DNA from: Polyangiaceae bacterium
GTDB taxonomy: Bacteria; Myxococcota_A; Polyangia; Polyangiales; Polyangiaceae
Length of the DNA stretch: 64,000 nucleotides
Direction of reading: 5' to 3'
NCBI GenBank assembly: GCA_965222375.1
Contig: CBDCTZ010000016.1
Span: 1,760,001-1,824,000, forward strand
The position numbers and the translations under genes are program-made. Numbering within the stretch: position 1 is the first letter of the stretch; every line of letters begins with the position of its first letter. This document shows positions 8,514 to 16,030 of this stretch, piece by piece. The notes beneath the pieces are model-generated. The model was not told where the DNA came from. It did not search any database and saw only the letters and a list, made by a program, of their open reading frames with translations.

Positions 8514-9983
8514 TCAACACCACCGAACCCGTACCCTGTAGGTCACCTTCGTCTTCCCTCGAGCCGGCACTTTCACGTCGAACTTGAAGGTCTTGGCGTC
8601 CTCCTTGGTGTGGCGATGACTCTCAGCCAGGATTTCCCAATCCCCGGCGATGGGCTCCATCACTTCGACCCGGATGTCTTCATCCTTGTGGTTGCGTAGT
8701 TCGATTTCCCAACTACTCTCCGAGCTGCAGAGCCCAAAGGGTTTCCAGGCCATCTGCTTGCGATCGCCGACCACGTCGAAGGCCTCGCCCATCTTGATCC
8801 GGATCTCTTCGTCCCGAGGTGTGTGATCGATGCGGTCTTCGCCGATGAACTGCTTGGCGCCCGCTTTGTCCGCCTTGTAGACCCGCACCGTGCCTTGGGG
8901 CAGGGGCATGCCCATGCGGTTGTCCTCGGTGTTGTCGATGTCGAGATACACACCGACCTTTTGGTTCTGCATCACCCGGCCGTATCGACTGCGGTAGAAG
9001 TGCCGGCCCCCAAAGAAGATCAACTTCTTTTTGATGCCGATCCCATCGGCCTGCAGCAAGGTGACCTGCTTCTTTTCCTTGTCGAGCAAGTCCGTGGGTC
9101 GAGCCAACGTGTATAGGTGGTACTCGAAAAAGCCCTCTTCACTGAATTGCTTCTGCGCTTCACCGCCACGGATCGTCGCGTCCATGGGCGCGGACGCGGT
9201 TTCCGTTATCAGTTGACGCACTCGCTGTACGTCACCCGCGACTAGCTTCAATTCCGCATTCTCGTAGCTGGTGCCGCTATTGTTGGTCAGGCTGACCCAG
9301 CCCGTCAGATCGCCGACCTCATCCTTGTTGTCCACCGTCAACACGTAGTCGGCGTTCCAATTCAGATTCTGTGACAGATAGCTCACCTCCACGCGCTGCT
9401 GCGGCAGGCCGCTCTTCAGGAGCCACACCAACGTGGGTTTGGCCATCAAGTTCTCTGGCACCTTTGGGAACGCAAAGCGCCCTGGGAAGTTGTAGGTTAC
9501 TTGGCCGTTGATCCTCAGCACCGTGCCCTTTTCGACTGCGAGCACTTCCGCGTCGAAGGCCTCTTCGGTGCCCGTCTTCTCGTTGTAACGATAGACCTTG
9601 ATCTTCTTGCCGACGTACTTCTCGAGCAGCTTCTGCGGGCTGAGCAAGTCGTAGCGGTAGTTCTGCTCCAACACGGACAGCGCATCGCCGCGGTCCAGGC
9701 TGTGAATGTGCACCGTCTCCGGCTGAATGTGCGCAGAGACGTCTTGGTACTCCAGTGATACGCGTCCTTTGCCCAAGTTGATCTTGCGGATCTCGCGCAC
9801 CAGCCCGAAGTTCTGGTTGTAGACCGTGATGGCGACCTTCTCGCGCTGCTTCGCGCTCGAGTCCCGCTTGGTCGCCGGTTCTGGTTGAGGTGGCTTCGCG
9901 GGTTTGTTCGCGGCACAGCCAACTGCGGCGATCAGCGTGGCGGCAAATACGGACAGCCGAAGGCGAGATTTGGAGACAAGCAT
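8514..9983 (-). CDS. DUF4139-like lipoprotein, type B copy 1 (first gene of the array)
   Basis: MLVSKSRLRLSVFAATLIAAVGC lipobox; same core motifs. Confidence 0.85.
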   Translation of the reverse strand: MLVSKSRLRLSVFAATLIAAVGCAANKPAKPPQPEPATKRDSSAKQREKVAITVYNQNFGLVREIRKINLGKGRVSLEYQDVSAHIQPETVHIHSLDRGDALSVLEQNYRYDLLSPQKLLEKYVGKKIKVYRYNEKTGTEEAFDAEVLAVEKGTVLRINGQVTYNFPGRFAFPKVPENLMAKPTLVWLLKSGLPQQRVEVSYLSQNLNWNADYVLTVDNKDEVGDLTGWVSLTNNSGTSYENAELKLVAGDVQRVRQLITETASAPMDATIRGGEAQKQFSEEGFFEYHLYTLARPTDLLDKEKKQVTLLQADGIGIKKKLIFFGGRHFYRSRYGRVMQNQKVGVYLDIDNTEDNRMGMPLPQGTVRVYKADKAGAKQFIGEDRIDHTPRDEEIRIKMGEAFDVVGDRKQMAWKPFGLCSSESSWEIELRNHKDEDIRVEVMEPIAGDWEILAESHRHTKEDAKTFKFDVKVPARGKTKVTYRVRVRWC

Positions 9984-10163
9984 GAGCAGTCAGAGGGAAT
10001 GAGGCGCAAGGGACAACGCATGCCGCGCGCCCAGCTTACAGCCTCCTTGGGTAGCGGCACGAAGCGCAAATCGGACGGGCGCCCTCCCCAAAATGCCAAT
10101 GAGTCCCTAGGCTTACGTCCCGGGCGCCATGGAAGATGAGGAAAGTCATGTACCCTAGTGGTC

Positions 10164-11168
10164 ATGAGAACGGGGATTGTGACGACCGCACTGATATTTG
10201 TTGCCAGCTTGGCCTGCGCCTGCAGCAGCGATGACGACGAGAAACCCGCGCCGTCCGAAGGCGGCACCGGGGGCACGACGGGCTGGAAGGCCGCCGTCGG
10301 TGACGAGGGTGCGTTCGTGCAGACCTTCGACGACGTCAGCTGGCACGAGCGCACGCTGACCAACAAAGATCTGCACGCCGTTGCCTGCGTTGGGAACAAC
10401 GACGGATGGGCTGTGGGTGAAGCGGGCTATGTGGCGCGAACCCGAGATAGCGGTGAAACCTGGAGCGAGCAACAGGTCAACACCGACAAGACCTTGCGAG
10501 CCGTGCGCGTGACCGGCCAATTCTCGGGCGCCCAGGGCAAGTTCATCGGTATCGTGGCGGGCGACGACGGCACCATCGCCGTGACGGACACCGGCGGCGA
10601 CACCTGGCGCCTCGTCTCCACATCGACGAAATCCACACTGCGCTCAGTCGCGCTCTCTCACGGTGGCCAACTCATGTTGGCGGTGGGCGACGCTGGCGCC
10701 GTCGTGCGCTCCAAGGATCGCGGCAACACGTTCACCTCGGCGGTCATCCCCGGTGCAGGCGATCTCTATGGCGTCGCGATGGACACGAGCGGCGGCCTGA
10801 TTCTCGCTGTAGATCTCAGCGGCTCGGTTTGGGCAAGCCGCGACCTGGGCCTGAGCTTCGACAAAGAGCGGAGCTACGACCAGGGCCTCCGCGCCGTCGC
10901 CCTCTCCCACGATGGCAAGCACGCAGTGGTCTCGGGCAATGCCGGCTTGATCGGTGAATATGACGCCGCGTCGGGCTGGCGGCTCACCCCCGCCCAAACC
11001 CAACAGGACCTGCACGCAGCTCTCATCTCCCACGATGGCAAACGCAAATACGTGGCCGGCGCGAGCGGCGCACTACTGACCGGCGACGTGGATCCCGGCC
11101 ATTGGACGCCCGTTTCCCTCAAGGGAACGGTGACCCTGCGTGGAATGGAAGATTTGGACCCGCGCTGA
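10164..11168 (+). CDS. YCF48/BNR-repeat beta-propeller lipoprotein
   Basis: Lipobox LACAC; repeated 'WAVGEAGYVARTRDSGETW', 'AVGDAGAVVRSKDRGNTF' BNR/Asp-box-like units. Confidence 0.8.
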   Translation: MRTGIVTTALIFVASLACACSSDDDEKPAPSEGGTGGTTGWKAAVGDEGAFVQTFDDVSWHERTLTNKDLHAVACVGNNDGWAVGEAGYVARTRDSGETWSEQQVNTDKTLRAVRVTGQFSGAQGKFIGIVAGDDGTIAVTDTGGDTWRLVSTSTKSTLRSVALSHGGQLMLAVGDAGAVVRSKDRGNTFTSAVIPGAGDLYGVAMDTSGGLILAVDLSGSVWASRDLGLSFDKERSYDQGLRAVALSHDGKHAVVSGNAGLIGEYDAASGWRLTPAQTQQDLHAALISHDGKRKYVAGASGALLTGDVDPGHWTPVSLKGTVTLRGMEDLDPR

Positions 11169-11229
11169 GCGGTGGAGAACGCAGCCATCGCGCGGAACGG
11201 AAGACCTTCCCCGTTCTAGTTTTTTGAAA

Positions 11230-11305
11230 GCAACAGAGCTGAACTAGTTCCCACCGCCCTAGCTTTTCTTGGAAGGCAACAGAGCTGAACTAGTTCCCAC
11301 CGCCC
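11230..11305. repeat. Direct repeat: 30-bp core GCAACAGAGCTGAACTAGTTCCCACCGCCC x2, period 46
   Basis: Identical cores at 11230-11259 and 11276-11305, each preceded by a similar CTAG-T-rich segment. Confidence 0.9.
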
Positions 11306-11439
11306 ACGGCGTGGTGCCGCCCGCCCGCGGCTCGTCAGGGTGCAGCTACCCGCGAGAGTCCCCGCAGCGTCAGCACCGAGTTCGACCGCAGCTCTGTTGC
11401 CATCCCCAAAAACCAAAGACGCGCGACCGCGACAATGTT

Positions 11440-11537
11440 CCAGTCGAGGTTGCCAGTCGAGGTTGCCAGTCGAGGTTGCCAGTCGAGGTTGCCAGTCGAG
11501 TTTGCCAGTCGAGTTTGCCAGTCGAGGTTGCCAGTCG
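11440..11537. repeat. Tandem repeat, 13-bp unit CCAGTCGAG(G/T)TTG, about 7.5 copies
   Basis: Read directly; units 5 and 6 carry T in place of G. Confidence 0.95.
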
Positions 11538-11723
11538 TGGCAGTCAGGCCCAGCTGATGGCTGGTTCCGTGGCATTCCACCCACACCGCGGGGCGCTTGC
11601 ATGGGAACGGGACGCGGTTTCCGAGGGCCGGCTTTGCGCTGCAGTCCTTGCGGGGAATGCCGCAAAGAGCCGTGCGCCTTCGACCGCCGCTACCTGGCAT
11701 GCCCCTTGCGCTTCGTGCGCTTC

Positions 11724-12152
11724 ATGAACAGCATGAGTGCGCTCCTCAGCGCGCCCATGATCGTGACGCTGCTGGTGGCAGCCTGCAGTAGCTCAGGCAG
11801 TGGCGGTGGAGTTGTCGATGGCGGGGCTGCGACTGGCGGCACCGGCGCCGGCGGAACTGGTGGCGTCAGTGTTGGAACTGGCGGTGTCGGCATCGGAACT
11901 GGTGGCAAGCCGCAGCTGGACGCCAGTCTCGGCGGCAGCCCTGGCCGCGGTGGCGCGACCGGCGGGTTCGGTGGTACCGGCGGCTCTGGCGCGACCAGTG
12001 GATCCGGGGGCACGGGCGGCGGCAGCTCCTGCGCGCCCGCTTTCTGTCCGTCGGTAGGTGTCGGCACTCCGTGCTGCCAAGCCAACGGCGAGTGCGGCGT
12101 GGACATGGGGTTCGGTGCGGGCTGCGAGCCTCCCACTGGCGCCGACGTTTGA
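11724..12152 (+). CDS. Small Gly-rich lipoprotein with Cys-rich C-terminal domain
   Basis: LLVAAC lipobox, GGTG linker, CAPAFC...PCCQANGECGVD...GC tail. Start uncertain. Confidence 0.7.
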   Translation: MNSMSALLSAPMIVTLLVAACSSSGSGGGVVDGGAATGGTGAGGTGGVSVGTGGVGIGTGGKPQLDASLGGSPGRGGATGGFGGTGGSGATSGSGGTGGGSSCAPAFCPSVGVGTPCCQANGECGVDMGFGAGCEPPTGADV

Positions 12153-12266
12153 CGCCTCTTCAGTTGTACATCGCGGTGTTGCTTGGCGCCGCAGCGCAAG
12201 TCTCCTGCGGCGTCGTGCGTCGACATGCACCGCAAGCCTGTGGCAGGGTAGGTCGAGGGTTTCGAC

Positions 12267-13754
12267 TTGACTGACAAGCATATCGACACGATGCCCTTCG
12301 CTCCTGGCGGCGATGGGCCCATGGGTCACAACGGCGACTTCCGCAAAGATCGCCTTGGCGTGCTGCAAAAGCTTGCCGACGCAGAAGAGCCACTGATGCG
12401 GCTGCGTCTGCCAGTTCGCAGTGTCAAAGCTGTCGTGGTCAATTCGCCCGAGTTGATCCAAGAGTCTTTGGTCGATCACGGGCGCGTCTTCGACAAGTCC
12501 GGCATGCTGCGCTTCGCATTGTTCCCGCTAGCCGGCGAAGGGCTGTTCACAGCGAACGGCGAGCTATGGCAACGCCAGCGCCGCGTGATGGCGCCCATGT
12601 TTCAGCCTCGGGCCCTGGAGGCCTACGCCCGAGACATGGTGCAGATCGCCGAGCGCACTTGCGCGGAATGGAAGGACGGTGACTCCTTCGAGCTGCTCCA
12701 CGAAACTACGCGACTGACGATGAGCGTCGCGGGCAAGACGCTCTTTGACGCCGACACCTTCACCGAGGCCGACGAGATCGGTAACGCCCTGACCGTGGCG
12801 TTGTCTTGGACCGGATGGATGATCGGTCGGCCCTACGCCATCGCCCACGTGCTCACCCGGCGCAAGTTGGTCAATTCGCTGCATCGCTTTCCGGCTCCCA
12901 CTCGCCCCCTGGTCGAAAAAGCAATCGATCGCTTGCGCGGCCCCATCGCGCTCGTGGGCCGCCGTGGTCGCGAGCTGCGCAAGGCTCTCGCTGTCTTGGA
13001 CGAAACCGTGCAGCACATGATCGACGAGCGACGCGCCTCACCCGAACACCCCGGCGACTTGATGTCGAGCTTGCTGTCGGCTCGAGACGAGGACGACGGC
13101 ACGCAGATGAGCGATCGTCAGGTGCGCGACGAGCTGCTGACCTTGTTCGTCGCGGGACACGAAACCACCGCGACGGGTCTTGCCTGGTCGATCTACCTCG
13201 CGTCTCGCCATCCCGACGTCTACGCGGCGCTCGAGCGTGAGGTGGATGCCCTTGGCCACGAGCCAACGCTTGCGGATCTGCCCAAGCTGGGACTGTGCCT
13301 GCGCGTGTTCAAGGAAGCCCTACGCATGTATCCGCCGGTGTACATGTTCGGCCGCGATACGAATCGCCCCGTCAGCGTCGGCGGCTACGAGCTCCCCAAA
13401 AACACCAACTTCATGGTTTCGCCCTGGGCTCTACACCGAAAGGCCAGCCTCTGGCCCAACCCCCTGGTTTTCGACCCCGACCGCTTTCTGCCTGAGGCCG
13501 AAGCCGAGCGTCACCGCTACGCCTACCTGCCTTTCGGCGCTGGCCCCCGCACTTGCATTGGCAATCACTTCGCCTACATGGAAGCCCAACTCGCCCTCGC
13601 CGTGCTCTTGAGGCGCTACCGCTTCACATCCCACCGTGACGACGAGCCCTTCCCCGAAGCCACCCTACGCCCCCGCCACGGCGTCCCCGTCCGCATCACC
13701 AAGCGCCCGCAACCCCGGGTGAACCCCGTCGGCGAACGCACGGCTGAGTTGTGA
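12267..13754 (+). CDS. Cytochrome P450
   Basis: I-helix FVAGHETT, ExxR (EALR), PDRF and heme motif PFGAGPRTCIG. Confidence 0.95.
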   Translation: MTDKHIDTMPFAPGGDGPMGHNGDFRKDRLGVLQKLADAEEPLMRLRLPVRSVKAVVVNSPELIQESLVDHGRVFDKSGMLRFALFPLAGEGLFTANGELWQRQRRVMAPMFQPRALEAYARDMVQIAERTCAEWKDGDSFELLHETTRLTMSVAGKTLFDADTFTEADEIGNALTVALSWTGWMIGRPYAIAHVLTRRKLVNSLHRFPAPTRPLVEKAIDRLRGPIALVGRRGRELRKALAVLDETVQHMIDERRASPEHPGDLMSSLLSARDEDDGTQMSDRQVRDELLTLFVAGHETTATGLAWSIYLASRHPDVYAALEREVDALGHEPTLADLPKLGLCLRVFKEALRMYPPVYMFGRDTNRPVSVGGYELPKNTNFMVSPWALHRKASLWPNPLVFDPDRFLPEAEAERHRYAYLPFGAGPRTCIGNHFAYMEAQLALAVLLRRYRFTSHRDDEPFPEATLRPRHGVPVRITKRPQPRVNPVGERTAEL

Positions 13755-14038
13755 GGGTGCGCAAGCTGTTCGGAACCTGCGCCATCGTCTTCGTCGTGGT
13801 GGCGTGCCAGACGACCAAGCCATCCCCAGCTCCGGCGAAAGAGACCGCGAGCCAGAAACTCAGCCCACCCCCAGCGGGGCCAGCGCCCGCATTGCGCAAG
13901 AAGTCCCTTGCGCAAGAGGTAAGCAAGCACAACCCGGCCGGAATGAAGCTCAAGCCGGACTCGGGCGAGATTTTCGGTCCCGGAGGACTTGGCCTCGGTG
14001 GGCGCAAGGTTCGGGGACTGAAGGACATCGACGACTGA
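13751..14038 (+). CDS. Small putative lipoprotein
   Basis: GTG overlaps the P450 stop; hydrophobic signal ending VVAC; Pro/Lys-rich body. Confidence 0.45.
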   Translation: MRVRKLFGTCAIVFVVVACQTTKPSPAPAKETASQKLSPPPAGPAPALRKKSLAQEVSKHNPAGMKLKPDSGEIFGPGGLGLGGRKVRGLKDIDD

Positions 14039-14204
14039 GGACGGGCTCGGCGCGTGCCGAGCTGCAAGGCCGCCTCTAGTCGTAGACCTCACGCTCGCGC
14101 CGTGCCCGCTGGGCTCCAGCTCAGCGTAGCTCAGTCGGGATTTGACTTGGTGGAGGTGGCGCTAGTTCCGCGGGCGACGCAATCGACTGAATTGGAGTCC
14201 GCCT

Positions 14205-15518
14205 ATGAAACCTCCCCGCTTTCTATGCTCTCGAACCCTGGCCGCCCTCGTCCTTGGCTGCGCACTGTGGCAACCGTCGTGCGCTCTGCTGGGAAGCCCG
14301 GGCCCGTCCGACGTGAGTCAGGGGCGCCTATACCAGTCTGGACACTCAGGTTTCGATCCACTGTTCGTGAAGGTGCATGCGCTGCAGCTGGAGCTAGGCA
14401 AGGCGCCCAATCAAGAAGAGCAGATCCGAATCGCGCTGGCCCGGGAGCTAGACCTCGAATTGCAGGACGCGGAAGTCGTGACGCCGGCTGCCGCCCCGCC
14501 GAAGAAGAAGTCTACGCCCGCGGCTCCTTCTGCGGCTGGTGGAATGCTCGGAGGCTTTGGCGCGTCATTGAAGCAAACGGCGCTCGGAGCAGTGCCCGGC
14601 GGCGCCATGGTCGATTCGCTGCAGAAAAACGCGGCTGGGGTTTCGAAGTCCGTCGACCAGTTGCAGCAAGCCACCGCTGGGATCTCGAAGTCCGCTGACC
14701 AGCTGCAGCCGGGCGCCAAGTTGCCTGGCGCCGAGGCGGCGGGCTCGCCGGAAAGCGCGCCGCCACAAGCAAAGCGCAAGCTCGCTCCCGCAGTCGCCGT
14801 GCTCGCGGACGCTGTCGAAAAGAAACAAGCGTCAGCTCAGCCGCTGAGCTTCGAACTGACTGAAGACGCAGCAGCCGACGACGAAGTGATTGCGCGAGTG
14901 AGGGTCGCCGCCAAACCAGCACGGCCTGACAGTGTGGATCTGGCTCAGGCCGTGGAACAGGCAACCAACGATAGTATCCGCCTGCGTCGGCGCATGCAAA
15001 CGACGAGCAAGCAACTCCGGAGACTGTTGACGCAGATCCTGGCAGCTGACGTTCATGTCGATCTGAACTTCCGCAAAGGCGGCCCTCGCAAGCGGGCAGA
15101 AGTGCGCAAGAACCTCAACGATGCAGCATCGATGATCCAAGCCATGCTCAAGCGCGCCGAGGACGTGGAGGAAAGAGCAGACGAGTTAGTCCGTGCTCTC
15201 CGAAAATCCGCCCAAGCCCCCGCCGCTTCTGAGGGTGCAAAGATAGCCAAAGGGACGCAAGCTCCCGGACGAAAAGCCGCCAAAGGGACGCAAGCTCCCG
15301 GACGAAACGCCGCCGCGAAGACCAAGCGTGTCGCCTCCCGCGCCCAGGCCGGAGCGAAGACCAAGCGTGTCGCCTCCCGCGCCCACGCCGGAGCGAAGAC
15401 CAAGCGTGTCGCCTCCCGCGCCCAGGCCGGAGCGAAGACCAAGCGTGTCGCCTCCCGCGCCCAGGCCGGAGCGAAGAAGGAGCGCGCTGCCAAAGCCGCC
15501 GATGACTTTGAACCCTGA
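14205..15518 (+). CDS. Hypothetical exported helical protein with basic repeat tail
   Basis: 437-aa ORF with N-terminal hydrophobic segment and C-terminal AKGTQAPGR x2 and AKTKRVASRAQAG x4. Confidence 0.7.
   Translation: MKPPRFLCSRTLAALVLGCALWQPSCALLGSPGPSDVSQGRLYQSGHSGFDPLFVKVHALQLELGKAPNQEEQIRIALARELDLELQDAEVVTPAAAPPKKKSTPAAPSAAGGMLGGFGASLKQTALGAVPGGAMVDSLQKNAAGVSKSVDQLQQATAGISKSADQLQPGAKLPGAEAAGSPESAPPQAKRKLAPAVAVLADAVEKKQASAQPLSFELTEDAAADDEVIARVRVAAKPARPDSVDLAQAVEQATNDSIRLRRRMQTTSKQLRRLLTQILAADVHVDLNFRKGGPRKRAEVRKNLNDAASMIQAMLKRAEDVEERADELVRALRKSAQAPAASEGAKIAKGTQAPGRKAAKGTQAPGRNAAAKTKRVASRAQAGAKTKRVASRAHAGAKTKRVASRAQAGAKTKRVASRAQAGAKKERAAKAADDFEP
15246..15476. repeat. In-frame coding tandem repeats (33 bp x2, then 39 bp x4)
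   Basis: GCGAAGACCAAGCGTGTCGCCTCCCGCGCCCA(G/C)GCCGGA repeated from 15315. Confidence 0.9.
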
Positions 15519-15715
15519 TCAACTCGGCGCAAGTGCCAAGTCAGTCCTAAACCGTTCTCGCCGTCGCCCCGGCCATCCAAGTCCGCCGTGCACAAAACCA
15601 ACACAACCCAGCCCGCAGGTTGCCCGACACCGTGTTCCCGCCCGAGGGCCCATCTTTCTACAGCTCTCGGTCCGACCCGTCGGGCGCACCTCCTGGCTGA
15701 AATCCTGGGAAGAAG

Positions 15716-15916
15716 AACCGCCAAGCCGCTAAGACCCGCCAAGGCCGCCAAGCGTGGTTTCGAGCGAAGAAGTCGGTGTCACTGAGAGTGCAGTTTTGGT
15801 TGGTTTGGGGCTAGAGGGAGCGTGGAGGTCGATGTGATCTCAGTCTCAGAGCGCCGCAAGTGACTCCCAAACCAATCTTCCTTGGCGAGCCTGGCTTTCT
15901 TGGCGACTTGGTGGCC
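15716..15916. repeat. Long imperfect inverted repeat (REP/MITE-like) built from GCCAAG / CTTGGC heptads
   Basis: Left arm ACCGCCAAGCCGCTAAGACCCGCCAAGGCCGCCAAG; right arm CTTGGCGAGCCTGGCTTTCTTGGCGACTTGGTGG; inner pair TTGGTTTGGG / CCCAAACCAA. Confidence 0.65.
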
Positions 15917-16030
15917 AACAAAAGCCTTTCCGTTGCCAAGGCCTTGTGTGAATCGGGTCTCAGCGGGCATCGTGGCAGCGGCCGTCCACGCCCGAGACTC
16001 AACCCGCGCCGGTCACGCTGCAGAAACCCG

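Noticed and set aside
1220..9983. Diversity-generating retroelement or invertase shufflon behind the variable loops
   Set aside because: No reverse transcriptase, template repeat, recombinase or inverted cassettes seen; loop differences are not adenine-specific.
11440..11537. Possible CRISPR array
   Set aside because: 13-bp units are contiguous with no spacers, and there are no cas genes in the window.
14120..14145. tRNA-like GCGTAGCTCAGTCGG
   Set aside because: No anticodon arm, T-loop or acceptor stem follows.
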